A DNA stretch of 56,449 nucleotides from Planctomycetota bacterium (GTDB lineage: Bacteria; Planctomycetota; UBA1135; GCA-002748355): assembly GCA_024278315.1 (NCBI GenBank), contig JAJRTL010000338.1, positions 1 through 56,449 of the forward strand, in the 5' to 3' direction. Made by a program: the position numbers and the translations under genes. This document shows, piece by piece, positions 30,549-41,500 of the stretch; within the stretch, counting starts at the first letter, position 1, and every line of letters begins with the position of its first letter. The notes beneath the pieces were generated by a model. It was not told where the DNA came from. It saw only the letters and a list, made by a program, of their open reading frames with translations, and did no database searches.

Positions 30549-32108
30549 ATGCGGCATGGAGCCATGACCCGGGCATTCCTGCTCCCGCTGCTACTCCTGC
30601 TCGGGTCCTGCCAACTCCTGCCCAACGAGTTCAACCTGTCGCCGCTCTACCGGCATCGGGTGGCACCCAGCGGAGAGATGGTCGAGCTGGACCTGCTCTG
30701 GCCGATCTTCCACTGGGAGAAGGAACCAGACCAGGCCCTGACGGACTTCCGCATCCGCCCTGTCTGGCGCACGGTGACGGACCCCGATCGCAAGCGCGTC
30801 GCCCACCAGTTCCTGGCGCCCTTGGGTGGCATCCGCACCTCCCCGGAGAAGTTCAACGCCCACCTCTGGCCTCTCTTCTACTACAAGGAGCACTGGAACG
30901 AGGGCATCAAGCAGGCCTGGGATGTGGACTGGATGGCCTTGATCCCGCTCTGGGGTGGCGCGTCGCACGACGACAGGGAGAACTACTTCGCCTTCATCCC
31001 CTTCTATGGGAAGCTCCGCAACTTCCTCACATACGATGAACTCGGATTCTTCCTCTTCCCCCTCTATCTCTGGACCGAGCGGGAGCGCGACTATGGTCGC
31101 CACATCCTCTGGCCTCTGACCGGTTGGGGTACACAGCGCAGGCAGGGTGGGACCTACTGGTGGCGCATCCTGCCCTTCTTCGGCAAGAACATAAACCCTG
31201 GTCGTTCAGAGCATTACACTGCTCTCTTCCCCTTCTTCTGGTGGGGCTGGCGTCAGCTACAGACGCCCCATCCGGTCTCCTATGCCAGGTTCTGGCCGCT
31301 CCTGGGCATGACCTTCGGAGGGGCCTTTACGAGCTGGGATTTCGCCTGGCCATTGATCCGCCACTCCCACCTGAAGGAGGGCAAGGCGGCACAGGCCATG
31401 GGCTACCCCGAAGGCACCGAAGCCGAGGGGGAGTTCGTCTACTGGGATCTGCCCTGGCCGCTCTTCCGCTACCAGCGGAACACGCTCGGCAACATCCAGC
31501 GTGAGCATCTCTGGATCTCCCCGTTCTACTACGACACCAAGCGCGAAGACCGGCACATCCGGACCTACATGTTGCCCTTCCTCTGGTTTCGGCACTACTT
31601 CAACCACCACCGGGACCGCTGGGATCGCTACTTCCTCCCCTTCTTCTGGGATTCCCGGACGAAGTATCGCAAGCCCGCGAAACGCGGGCCTTTCCTGGCG
31701 CCGCGGGTCGACCTCGACAAGAAGGACGCCGACACAGGCGAAGCAAGAGTGGAGTGGTACCCGGGAGAGGCCCAGAGCACGGTCTATTGGCCCATCATGC
31801 GCTACAAGCAGAGCCAGAAGGGTGCCTGGTGGTCCCGCGGCTTGTCCATCGTGCCCTGGGATGGATCGGCTGCGACGGGGATGCGGGAAGCCTACGACTG
31901 GGCCTGGACCCTGTGGGATGTGCGCGGAGACGGCCTGGGCAACACAAGAACACGCACCTCGATGAACCTTTTCACGAGCAGGAATTTTGCCGGCAAGCGA
32001 TATCAGTGCTCCGTGCCGCTATTGTTCAACCTGGAGTCGGACGCAAAGGGAGGCACGACTCTGAGACTGTTTCAGTTCATCCCCATCTCCTGGGGTGGTC
32101 ACAGGTAG
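30549..32108 (+). CDS. Aromatic-rich repeat lipoprotein of unknown function
   Basis: Lipobox LLLLGSC, followed by roughly 20 copies of an h-(W/F/L)-P-(L/F/I)-(F/Y/W) motif every ~18-25 aa (LWPIFHW, LWPLFYY, FIPFYG, LFPLYLW, LWPLTGW, ILPFFG, LFPFFWW, FWPLLG, AWPLIR, PWPLFRY, MLPFLWF, FLPFFW, YWPIMRY...). It ends 36 nt before mlaE. Confidence 0.65.
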   Translation: MRHGAMTRAFLLPLLLLLGSCQLLPNEFNLSPLYRHRVAPSGEMVELDLLWPIFHWEKEPDQALTDFRIRPVWRTVTDPDRKRVAHQFLAPLGGIRTSPEKFNAHLWPLFYYKEHWNEGIKQAWDVDWMALIPLWGGASHDDRENYFAFIPFYGKLRNFLTYDELGFFLFPLYLWTERERDYGRHILWPLTGWGTQRRQGGTYWWRILPFFGKNINPGRSEHYTALFPFFWWGWRQLQTPHPVSYARFWPLLGMTFGGAFTSWDFAWPLIRHSHLKEGKAAQAMGYPEGTEAEGEFVYWDLPWPLFRYQRNTLGNIQREHLWISPFYYDTKREDRHIRTYMLPFLWFRHYFNHHRDRWDRYFLPFFWDSRTKYRKPAKRGPFLAPRVDLDKKDADTGEARVEWYPGEAQSTVYWPIMRYKQSQKGAWWSRGLSIVPWDGSAATGMREAYDWAWTLWDVRGDGLGNTRTRTSMNLFTSRNFAGKRYQCSVPLLFNLESDAKGGTTLRLFQFIPISWGGHR

Positions 32109-32144
32109 GTTCGAGCCCTCCCGCTTCCCCCTTCCCCCCCACCG

Positions 32145-32948
32145 ATGGGCGTCCTCAACGACACTGGCCGATACCTGCGAACGAGCATCGAAGGCGCGGG
32201 CTACTCCGTAGACCTGCTGCTCCGGTCACTCGTGCAACTGGCCTTCCTGCCCCGGAAGCTGCGTCCGATGTTGGACATGATGTTCGCAGCGGGGGTCAAG
32301 ACCATTCCGGTCGTGACCATTGTCGCGGTGTTCGCAGGCATGATCCTGGCTCTTCAGACCGGGATCGAGCTCAAGCGCATCGGTTCGGAAGGCATCATCG
32401 GCAGTCTGGTAGCCATCTCCATGACGCGCGAGATGGGCCCCTTCATCACAGCCTTGATCATCGCGGCCACGGTGGGATCGGCCATTGCGGCCGAGATCGG
32501 AACCATGTCGGTCTCCGAGGAGATCCTGGCCCTCGAGGTCATGTCCATCGACCCGGTCCGCTTTCTCGTCATGCCGCGGGTCGTGGCCCTGTCCCTCATG
32601 GTGCCCATCCTCGTCGCTCTGGCGGACGTGCTCGGCATCATAGGTGGAGCCTTCGTGGCCAGTGCCCAGCTCGGAGTCGAAATGTCCAATTACTTCGATC
32701 GTGTGCGCGAGTCCCTCCTGGATCCCACTGCGCTCCTGCCCAAGGACATCTGGACCGGGCTCTTCAAGGGTTGGGTCTTTGGAGCCGTGATCGCCGTCGT
32801 GAGTTGCGCCGCAGGACTGAGAGCCACGGGTGGAGCCTTGGGAGTAGGACGAGCCGTGCAGCTGGCAGTGATCCAGTCCTTTCTGCTGATCATCATCCTC
32901 GGCTACATCATCACCTGGTTCTTCTACTTCCTCGTGCCCAACCTGTGA
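32145..32948 (+). CDS. mlaE: MlaE-family ABC transporter permease
   Basis: 267-aa polytopic protein with MlaE-like segments (MTREMGPFITALIIAATVGSAIAAEIGTM), placed before the ATPase and MCE genes. Confidence 0.88.
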   Translation: MGVLNDTGRYLRTSIEGAGYSVDLLLRSLVQLAFLPRKLRPMLDMMFAAGVKTIPVVTIVAVFAGMILALQTGIELKRIGSEGIIGSLVAISMTREMGPFITALIIAATVGSAIAAEIGTMSVSEEILALEVMSIDPVRFLVMPRVVALSLMVPILVALADVLGIIGGAFVASAQLGVEMSNYFDRVRESLLDPTALLPKDIWTGLFKGWVFGAVIAVVSCAAGLRATGGALGVGRAVQLAVIQSFLLIIILGYIITWFFYFLVPNL

Positions 32949-32957
32949 GCCTGTGAG

Positions 32958-33761
32958 ATGAGTCGAACCACCCCAAGCGGAGCAACCGCCCCCATGACCG
33001 AGGAGGTCACCCGAGTCGTCCCCGACGACTGTCTCATCTGCGTTCAGGATCTCCATACGCGGCTCGGTAATCGCAAGATCCTGAATGGCATGGACTTCTC
33101 CGTGAAGAAGGGAGAGACCTTCGTGATCATGGGCGGCTCGGGTGGAGGCAAGAGCGTCACACTCAAACATGTCATCGGCGTGTTCCGCCCTGACCGCGGG
33201 CGCATCATCGTCGATGGGCACTCGGTACCGGACCTGGATCGCGTGGCCCTCATGGAACTGCGCAAGGAGATGGGGTATCTCTTCCAGAGCGGGGCCCTCA
33301 TCAACTGGCTCACGGTCTTCGAGAACGTGGCCCTGCCCTTGAGGGAGCATAGCAAGCTCAGCGAAGCAGACATCCGGGACAGGGTTCTCGAGGTCGTCAG
33401 TCTCGTCGAGATGGAGCATGCCCTGGACCAGTATCCGGACAGCATTTCGGGTGGTATGAAAAAGCGCGCGGGTCTCGCCAGAGCTCTCGTGACAGGACCC
33501 AAGATCGTCCTCTACGATGAGCCCAATGCGGGCCTGGACCCGGTGATGAGCGAGACGATCAACCGCCTCATCGTGGATGTACAGAAGAAGCTGGGTGTGA
33601 CCAGTGTCGTCGTGACGCATAGACGTGCCTGCGCCTTCACAGTGGGCGACCGGATCGCGGTCATCGAACGAGGACGGATCGTCGACCAGGGAACACAGAT
33701 GGAGATGCGCAATTCCTCGCATCCCCTCACGATGAAATTCCTGTCCCCTCATGTGGACTGA
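32958..33761 (+). CDS. mlaF: MlaF-type ABC transporter ATP-binding protein
   Basis: Walker A GGSGGGKS, signature SGGMKKR, Walker B IVLYDEP. Confidence 0.9.
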   Translation: MSRTTPSGATAPMTEEVTRVVPDDCLICVQDLHTRLGNRKILNGMDFSVKKGETFVIMGGSGGGKSVTLKHVIGVFRPDRGRIIVDGHSVPDLDRVALMELRKEMGYLFQSGALINWLTVFENVALPLREHSKLSEADIRDRVLEVVSLVEMEHALDQYPDSISGGMKKRAGLARALVTGPKIVLYDEPNAGLDPVMSETINRLIVDVQKKLGVTSVVVTHRRACAFTVGDRIAVIERGRIVDQGTQMEMRNSSHPLTMKFLSPHVD

Positions 33762-33780
33762 TTGAAGAGAGGCAGCTCGA

Positions 33781-34923
33781 ATGAAACTCAAACGCGATGC
33801 CCTGCTCGGGATGGTCTTTTTTGGCGGCCTGGGAGTCATCCTCTGGGCCACGGTGAGTCTTTCGCGACTCTCCTCCCTGAAAACCGAAGCGCGAGACGTT
33901 TTCTTCCCCAATGCACGCGGACTCAAGGAGGGAGACAAGGTCTATGTCCTGGGCACGCAGGTCGGCATCGTCAAACGAGCCGTCTATGTCGCCAAGTTCG
34001 AGACCCATCCCATCCGTGTCACGGTCGAGTTCACCTCCATGCCGTCTTTCCGGGAGGGCTACTCGATCTCCATCGAGGAGGCGTCCTTCCTGGGTGGCAA
34101 GAAGATCGCGATCGAACCCGGCTACTACGAGAACAAGAAGTTGCGGCCCGATGAGAGGCTCTTTGGCAAGTCGCCGCCTGCCCCCCTCAACGCCCTGGGC
34201 GAGTTTCTGACCGGAGGTCAGAACAAGAGCAACTTCGCCCGGATCCTGGCAGGCCTGGCAGCCCTCATCACGAAGACCGAACGCGGAGAGGGCACACTCG
34301 GACGTCTCTTCAACGACGCCGGCCTCTTCGACGACGTCAAGAGCGTCATCCACACCGTACGCATCTCCATCGAAGACGAGGAGAAGCGTGGAAGTCTGGG
34401 CAAGTTCATCGTCGAACCCAATCTCTACGACGATGTCCAGCAGGTCATGTCCAAGCTCAACAATGGCAACTCCCTGCTGGCCAAGGCCATTGGAGACGAG
34501 GAACTCGGCAACCAGTTCTCCGCCGTGGTGGATGACATCGCGGCGGTGACCAAGGAAGTCCGTGAAGGCAGGGGAGTCGCAGGGCGGATCCTCATGGACG
34601 AGGGCACCCAGAAGTCCTTCGACAAGATCGTAGTCAACGTCGAGCAGGCCAGCACAGCGATCAACCAGGGCGAGGGGATCGTGCCCTGGCTCCTCCACGA
34701 CGCAGCGTCCAAGGAGGCCTTCGCCAGCATCGTGGCCAACTTCAACCATGTGTCCATCCAGCTGACGAAGACGGACAATACGATCGGTCGACTCCTGAAC
34801 GACGATGCTCTCATCGCAGACGTGGAGCGCATCGTGGCCAACTTCTCACGGACCATCGAGGATGCGCGAGAAGCCGCGCCGGTGCAGACCCTCTTCTCGA
34901 CTTTTGGTGGAGTGTTTCAGTAA
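33781..34923 (+). CDS. mlaD: MCE/MlaD-family substrate-binding protein (long form)
   Basis: N-terminal TM helix followed by an MCE-like beta domain (GLKEGDKVYVLGTQVGIVK). It is the third gene of the mlaEFD arrangement. Confidence 0.8.
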   Translation: MKLKRDALLGMVFFGGLGVILWATVSLSRLSSLKTEARDVFFPNARGLKEGDKVYVLGTQVGIVKRAVYVAKFETHPIRVTVEFTSMPSFREGYSISIEEASFLGGKKIAIEPGYYENKKLRPDERLFGKSPPAPLNALGEFLTGGQNKSNFARILAGLAALITKTERGEGTLGRLFNDAGLFDDVKSVIHTVRISIEDEEKRGSLGKFIVEPNLYDDVQQVMSKLNNGNSLLAKAIGDEELGNQFSAVVDDIAAVTKEVREGRGVAGRILMDEGTQKSFDKIVVNVEQASTAINQGEGIVPWLLHDAASKEAFASIVANFNHVSIQLTKTDNTIGRLLNDDALIADVERIVANFSRTIEDAREAAPVQTLFSTFGGVFQ

Positions 34924-35126
34924 CTGGCACGTGTGGACCGATAATCTGAGGTCACACAGAGAACGGGAGCCCGCTGCCAGCGAGCCCCCCGGTCAGGCGC
35001 CGGAGGCGCGAGGCCATCAGCTGTGAAGTCTCCCCCAGCCCCGGAAACCAGGAACAGGTTCTCGATTTGTGTCGGAAGCCAGGTCGTGGTTGATTGGCGA
35101 CAAGGATTGCCATAGGGTTCCCCTCG

Positions 35127-35459
35127 ATGAAGCGTCGTAATCTCCTACTCCTGCTGCTGTGCGTGCTCCTCCTGGTGCTGCCCATGATCTGCATGGGCAA
35201 CCTGGTCGCGCATGGCTGTGCCGCTTGCGGGGGCAGCCCTGGCGATCCGCTGAACCACACCGCAGACCCCTGCCGGACCCTGGTGAGACTCGAGGAACTG
35301 GGAGATCTACCCCCGCCCTCCATGTCCCAGCCTGCGCAGATCACGTATGCGCTCCGACTCCCTGAGACCACAGAGAGTTCCCACGCGGACCCGTCGCGAG
35401 CAAGGGGAGTCCGTCCCATGCCCGTGTATCCGCAGAGCGATACGCCCCTGCGCATCTGA
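35127..35459 (+). CDS. Small secreted protein with an HGCAAC motif (hypothetical)
   Basis: MKRRNLLLLLLCVLLLVLPMICMG signal peptide followed by HGCAACGG. The SD is weak. It is followed by an 8-bp hairpin at 35475-35495 and lies upstream of the czc-like operon. Confidence 0.35.
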   Translation: MKRRNLLLLLLCVLLLVLPMICMGNLVAHGCAACGGSPGDPLNHTADPCRTLVRLEELGDLPPPSMSQPAQITYALRLPETTESSHADPSRARGVRPMPVYPQSDTPLRI

Positions 35460-35625
35460 TACCCCCTTCGCGGGCTCGGGACCAGATGTCCCGAGATCCC
35501 CGCATGAGTGGAAGACACTGGATGGCTGCGGTCCCATCGTGAGCGATGACGCCAGCTGTCCGGAGTTCCCCATCTTCTGACCTCGCAAGAGGTCCTGGGT
35601 CCCTACCGATATCGGGCTCGATCAC

Positions 35626-37047
35626 ATGGATAGATACACACGGGGCAGGCGCTCCCCGTTTTCGAAGCGCCCTGCGGTCCCCTTTCTGGCCACCTTGCTT
35701 CTCGCTGGCTGCTACTCCTACGAAGCCTATCCACAGGATCGGATGGAGATCTTCGAGGATCTACAGAAGATGGGGCTCCCTCAGGAGTTCTTCCTGAACG
35801 ACATCCCCATCGGTGTCGAGGAGGCGAAGCTGAGCTGGACCAGTGCACAGGCGGCGAGTTGGGCCGTGAGTCACAATCCCCAGTTGCTGGCCGTCAGAAA
35901 GGAGATGGGCATCGCCGAAGCCGAGCTCGTCGAAGCAGGTCTGCTCCCTGATCCCGAGCTCGGCTGGGACTCCATGAATGTCGTGGCAGAACTCGTGGCC
36001 GGAAACACCCCCACGGGTCCCGACTACGTGGCAGGCTTGGGTCTGATGTGGCGCGTACCCCGTCCCGGCGAGATCTCCTCCCGGGTCGGCATGGCCGAAG
36101 CCAGGAAGGAAGAGGTCCGTCAGGGCATCCTCGAAGCCGAATGGACCCTCGTGAGGGCGGTCCATCGAGCCTGGATCGACGTGCAGGGTGCGGAGTCCCG
36201 ACTGCGGCTCAACACCCGCGTCCTCGAGACCGCCAAGAAGATCTCTGTGTTCTTCCAGGAGGCCAGAAAGGTCAGCGGTGCCACTGCGCTGCAAGCGAAC
36301 CTGGCTGCCATCGAGTATTCGACTCTGCTGCAAGATCGTGTCCGGCTCCAAGGCGAGCTCCGGCTGGCAAGACAGAGTCTGAACGCCATCCTCGGGCTGC
36401 GCCCGGATGTCAAGGTCCCCATGCGAGCCCTCAAGAGCCCCTTCCGGACCGAGGATGAAGCCAAGGATGCGGAGACGCTGACCAAGGAGGCACTGGAGCA
36501 CAGGCCGGACCTGGAGGCGCTCTTCGCGCGCTACCAGGCGCTCGAAGAGGCGCTCCGACTCGAGGTGGCCAACCAGTGGCCCGAGCTGGCCATTGGCTCG
36601 GCGATCTCCTTCGTCCTGCCAATCTTCTCTTCGTTCAACGCACCGGCCATCCGCACGGCCATGGCCAGGCGCGATCGCATGGCGCGCCAGCTCAAAGCAG
36701 CCGTGCACAGCCTGCGCGCCGAGGTGCATGCAGCCGTCATGGAGTGCGAGAACGAACGCCAGCAGACCGAGGCCTTCCGCAACGATCTCATCCCCAAGAT
36801 CGAGGAGAACCTGCGGCTCACGCAGGTGGCCTTCGAGGCCCGCGAAGTCACACTCGTCGAGATCCTGACCGCACAGCGCCAGTCGCTCGACACCCAGAAG
36901 AACTACTTGGAAGCCCGGATCCGCAAGGCCGTGGCTCGTTTGATGATGGACACGGCCACAGGGGCCGTGCTTACCGCCGAAGCAGGCAGCCGCAAACCAA
37001 GCAGCCACGCCGAGGGCGTGGAGAAGGCCGAGGAGGAAGGACGATGA
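35626..37047 (+). CDS. czcC: Outer-membrane efflux lipoprotein (TolC/NodT/CzcC family)
   Basis: Lipobox LLLAGC, followed by two coiled-coil/beta repeats typical of OMF proteins. Its stop overlaps the next start (ATGA). Confidence 0.85.
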   Translation: MDRYTRGRRSPFSKRPAVPFLATLLLAGCYSYEAYPQDRMEIFEDLQKMGLPQEFFLNDIPIGVEEAKLSWTSAQAASWAVSHNPQLLAVRKEMGIAEAELVEAGLLPDPELGWDSMNVVAELVAGNTPTGPDYVAGLGLMWRVPRPGEISSRVGMAEARKEEVRQGILEAEWTLVRAVHRAWIDVQGAESRLRLNTRVLETAKKISVFFQEARKVSGATALQANLAAIEYSTLLQDRVRLQGELRLARQSLNAILGLRPDVKVPMRALKSPFRTEDEAKDAETLTKEALEHRPDLEALFARYQALEEALRLEVANQWPELAIGSAISFVLPIFSSFNAPAIRTAMARRDRMARQLKAAVHSLRAEVHAAVMECENERQQTEAFRNDLIPKIEENLRLTQVAFEAREVTLVEILTAQRQSLDTQKNYLEARIRKAVARLMMDTATGAVLTAEAGSRKPSSHAEGVEKAEEEGR

Positions 37048-38495
37048 GGATCGAGGACAGCAAGCAGTGGCGTTATTTTGCGGCAGGGGCGCTTTGTCTC
37101 CTGGCCTTCTCGTTTTCGACTGCCTGTGATTCGGGAGCAGCCTCCAAGGGAGACGGCCACGAAGAGCACGAGGGCGAAGGGCACAAAGAGAAAGGTCATG
37201 GAGAAGAGGGCCATGAAGAAGAGGGGGCGAGCAACGAAGTCCACCTCGATGCCAAGCAACGCGAATCCGCGGGAATCAAGACGACCGTAGCCGCAAAGGG
37301 TCAAATCTCGGAGACCCTCCGTCTCGTGGCTCGCGTCGAGAGCAACGGCGACACCATCGTCCACGTCACGCCAAGGGTCGAGGGAATCGTACAGAAGATC
37401 TACAAGGGCCTGGGAGAGAAGGTCAAAGCCGGAGATCCCCTGGTGGAACTCTGGAGTATCGAGCTGGGCAACACCATCAGCTCCTACCTCGAGACGCATT
37501 CCCGACAGATCGCCGCTGAGGAGACCCTGGCCCAGGCCGAGAAACTCTTCGAAGGCCGCCTCAAGACATTGAGGAAGGTCCTGGATGGGGAGATTGCGGT
37601 AGCCCAGAAGATCTTCAACCGGGAGAAGGAACTCCAGGAGAAGAGCATCTCCACGATCCGCCCCTTCCTCGAAGCCGACAAGGAGCTGCAGAGAGCCCGA
37701 CTCTCCAAGGAGAGGGAGCTCACGGGTCTCGAGGCCGAACGGGACAGCAAACTCCTCGAACTCGAAGTCCTCGTGAGGCAGAGCAAGATCGAGGAGGAAT
37801 CGGCCCGCAATCGCTTGATCGTCCTCGGGTTCAGCAACAAGGAGGTCGAGGCCTACCATGGAGCCAGTGTCCAGAGCGGAAAGACACTCATCCGGGCACC
37901 CAGAGCAGGGATCATCCTGGATCGAGACATCACACTGAACGAGCATGTGGGGACGGATCGGACTCTATTCAAGATCCACGATCTGTCCACGATCTGGATC
38001 ATCGCTTCCGCCTACGAGCGGGACCTGAGTTCCCTTCGCACGGGTCAAGAGGTCATGGTGCACCTGGATGCCTTGCCTGGCGTGACGCTTCCAGGAAAGG
38101 TCACCCAGATCGGCTATCGCATTTCCGAAAGCACGCGAGCGGCACCCCTGCGCATCGAGCTTACCAATGCAGCCTTGAAGGAATGGCCCGAGGAGTTCCC
38201 CATGCGCCCGGGCATGTTCGGAAGCGTCGAGGTCGTGATCCGCTCATGGCAGGGCCGGGTCGTCATCCCGGAGAGCTCGTTGGTCCACGAGGGAGAGGAC
38301 AACTTCGTCTTCGTGGCCAACCCCAAGGAAGATGGTTCCTTCTTCCGCAAAAGCGTGAAAGTGAAGAGGGGAGCAGGAGACATGGTCGAGATCCTCGAAG
38401 GTGTCGACCCCGGAGACACGGTTGCCATCGATGGCGTCTTCCTGCTCAAGTCCATGGCACGTCAAGGCGAGCTCGGAGAAGGACACAGTCACTAG
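37044..38495 (+). CDS. czcB: Efflux RND periplasmic adaptor (CzcB-like) with a His/Glu-rich N-terminus
   Basis: GDGHEEHEGEGHKEKGHGEEGHEEEG followed by an MFP fold (barrel-sandwich/hairpin segments). ATG 37044 is preceded by GGAGGAAGGA. Confidence 0.85.
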   Translation: MRIEDSKQWRYFAAGALCLLAFSFSTACDSGAASKGDGHEEHEGEGHKEKGHGEEGHEEEGASNEVHLDAKQRESAGIKTTVAAKGQISETLRLVARVESNGDTIVHVTPRVEGIVQKIYKGLGEKVKAGDPLVELWSIELGNTISSYLETHSRQIAAEETLAQAEKLFEGRLKTLRKVLDGEIAVAQKIFNREKELQEKSISTIRPFLEADKELQRARLSKERELTGLEAERDSKLLELEVLVRQSKIEEESARNRLIVLGFSNKEVEAYHGASVQSGKTLIRAPRAGIILDRDITLNEHVGTDRTLFKIHDLSTIWIIASAYERDLSSLRTGQEVMVHLDALPGVTLPGKVTQIGYRISESTRAAPLRIELTNAALKEWPEEFPMRPGMFGSVEVVIRSWQGRVVIPESSLVHEGEDNFVFVANPKEDGSFFRKSVKVKRGAGDMVEILEGVDPGDTVAIDGVFLLKSMARQGELGEGHSH

Positions 38496-38577
38496 ATCGT
38501 GATGCCTCCCTCCCACAGCAGAAGCCCACGTCAGCCGCACTACCGAACCGCCTAATCTCCAGGTCAGGACAGGAAAC

Positions 38578-41500
38578 ATGATCAGTCGCATCATCGACTT
38601 CTCCTTGGACAATCGTCTTCTCATCATCATCTTCTGGTTTCTTGCGGTGGCCGTGGGCCTCCGCTCGGTCCAGGAGCTCCCCATCGATGCCGTCCCCGAC
38701 GTCACCAATGTCCAGGTGCAGGTTCTCACGAACTCACCGGGGCTGGCCCCACAGGAGATCGAACGCTTCGTGACCTTCCCCGTGGAGACCGCCATGAGTG
38801 GGCTCCCGGGGATCGAGGAGATCCGTTCGGTCTCCAAGTTCGGCCTCTCACTCGTGACAGTGGTTTTCCTGGAAGGAACGGACATCTACTGGGCACGCCA
38901 GCTGGTCGCCGAACGACTCACGGCTGCCCGGGACCTCATCCCGCAAGGCTACGGCGAACCAGAGATGGGTCCGATCTCCACGGGCCTGGGTGAGATCTAC
39001 CAGTTCGAGGTCAAGGGCCCCGGCCACTCGCCGATGGAACTGCGCACGATCCTCGATTGGAACGTGGCGTTCCAGCTACGATCCGTGCCAGGCGTGGTCG
39101 AGGTCAATGCCTTCGGAGGTGAACTCAAGACCTACCAGATCACGCTTGCAGCGGAGCGTCTGACGGCGCATGGCCTTTCGGCAGCCGACGTCTTCGAAGC
39201 CATCGAGAGCAACAACCGCAACGTGGGCGGTGGATACATCGAACATGCGGGCGAACAGTATCTGGTCCGAGGTGAGGGACTCATCAGCGGCCTGGATGAC
39301 CTGGGCAACGTGGTCGTGGGACGTGACAGCGAAGGCACGCCCATCTACGTCAAGAACATCGGAAACGTCGAGTTCGCCCCCATGATCCGTCAGGGTGCGG
39401 TGACGCGCGATGGCAAGGGCGAAGCCGTGGTGGGCATCGTCATGATGCTCATGGGCGCCAACTCCCGGACTGTCTCTGAAGAGGTACACGAGAAGATCCT
39501 CGAGATCGAGAAGACCCTCCCCGAGGGCATCAGCATCGACACCTACTACAACCGGACGGAGCTCGTCGATCGCACGATCAAGACCGTGGCCATGAACCTC
39601 CTGGAAGGTGGAGCACTGGTCATCATCGTCCTCCTCCTGCTTCTGGGAAGCCTCCGGGGCGGACTCATCGTGGCGGCAGCTATTCCACTCTCCATGATCA
39701 CCGCGTTCATCGCGATGAATGCCATGGGCCTCTCTGGCAACCTGATGTCGCTGGGGGCCATCGACTTTGGACTCATCGTGGATGGCTCGGTCGTCATGAT
39801 CGAAAACATCATCCGCTACTTGCACGACCACAAGGAGGACAAGGAACTGACACCGGTGGAGAAGGTGCGCGCAGCCTGCCATCAGGTAGCTCGCCCCGTC
39901 GTCTTCGCGGTGGGCATCATCATCATCGTCTACCTCCCCATCCTCGCCCTGACGGGAGTCGAAGGGAAGATGTTCCGCCCCATGGCGCTGACCGTGGTCT
40001 TCGCGCTTGGTTTCTCCCTGATCTGCGCCCTGACCCTGATGCCGGTCCTCGCGAGTCTCTTCTTGGTCAACGCCAAGGAAAAAGAAGCCTGGCTGTTCAG
40101 CCAGGCCAAGAGGCTCTACACGCCCATCCTGGATCGAGTGCTGGCAAGACCCGTTGTGGCCTCCTTGGGAGCCATCGTCCTCTTCGTGGCAAGTGTCGTC
40201 ATCGCGCCCTTCCTGGGGGCGGTCTTCGTTCCCAAGTTGGATGAGGGATCCATCGCCATGCAGATCTGGCGCATCCCGAGCATCTCGCTTGAGAAGTCCA
40301 ACGAGATCTCCCTGATGGCCGAGCGGATCGTGATGAAGTTCCCGGAGGTCAAGACGGTCGTCTCGCGAACGGGACGTGCGGAGATCGCCACGGACCCCAT
40401 GGGTGTGGAGATCAGCGACACGTACATCATCCTCAATCCCAAGAAGGACTGGCGTTTCGAGACGAAGGCCGAACTCATCGCAGCCTTGGACAAGGAGCTC
40501 AAGGAAGAGGTACCCGGTGTGATGTTCAGCTACTCGCAGCCCATCGAGTTGCGGGTTTCCGAACTCATCAGCGGTGTCCGATCCGACATCGCCGTCAAGA
40601 TCTTCGCATCGGGCGGTGACCTCCAGCAGATGAAGGACGTCGCGGATGAGGTGGCAGCCGTCGTCCGCCGAGTGCGTGGCCTCGAGGAAGTCAAGGTCGA
40701 GCAGACCGTGGGACTTCCGACCCTGCGAGTCATCCTGGATCGCGAGGCCATCGCCCGACTGGGCATCAACGCCCGGGATGTCCTGGATGTCGTCGAAACC
40801 GTCGGTGGACGCGGATTGGGCACGATCTTCGAAGGGCAAAAGCGCTTCTTCGTCCAGGCTCGCTTCGATCCCTCCGTCCGCTCGAACCTGCAACGCATCG
40901 GTGATCTCAAGGTCGCATCGACGCAGCTCGGGAAAGATGGAGACAGGATCCTGGTACCGCTATCACAAGTAGCCGAGCTCAGGATCGAGAATGGACCCGC
41001 CCAGATCAGTCGCGAGAAGATCGGTCGCAGGATCTCGATCGAAGCCAACGTCCGGGGCCGTGACCTGGCCTCGGCCGTCACCGAAGCACAGAAGCTCGTG
41101 GACGCGGAGATCAAGCTCCCCCCAGGCTGGACGATGACCTGGGGCGGACAGTTCGAGAACCTGGCAGAGGCGGCGGAGCGACTCACCATCCTGGTGCCCC
41201 TCGCGCTGTTCTTGATCTTCGTCCTCCTCTACACGACCTTCAACTCGCTGCCCTTGGCGGCTCTGATCTTCCTCAACGTGCCGCTGGCCGTCACCGGGGG
41301 CATCTTCGCCTTGGCGATCCGGGGCTACCCCTTCTCGATCTCGGCTGCCGTGGGCTTCATCGCCCTCTTCGGCATCGCGGTGCTGAACGGCGTGGTCCTC
41401 ATTTCCTACATCGTGGACCTGAGAGGTCGCGGAGAGAGTCCCAAGGTCGCAGCCAGGCATGCCGCCCTCGTCCGTCTCCGCCCGGTGCTCATGACCGCCA

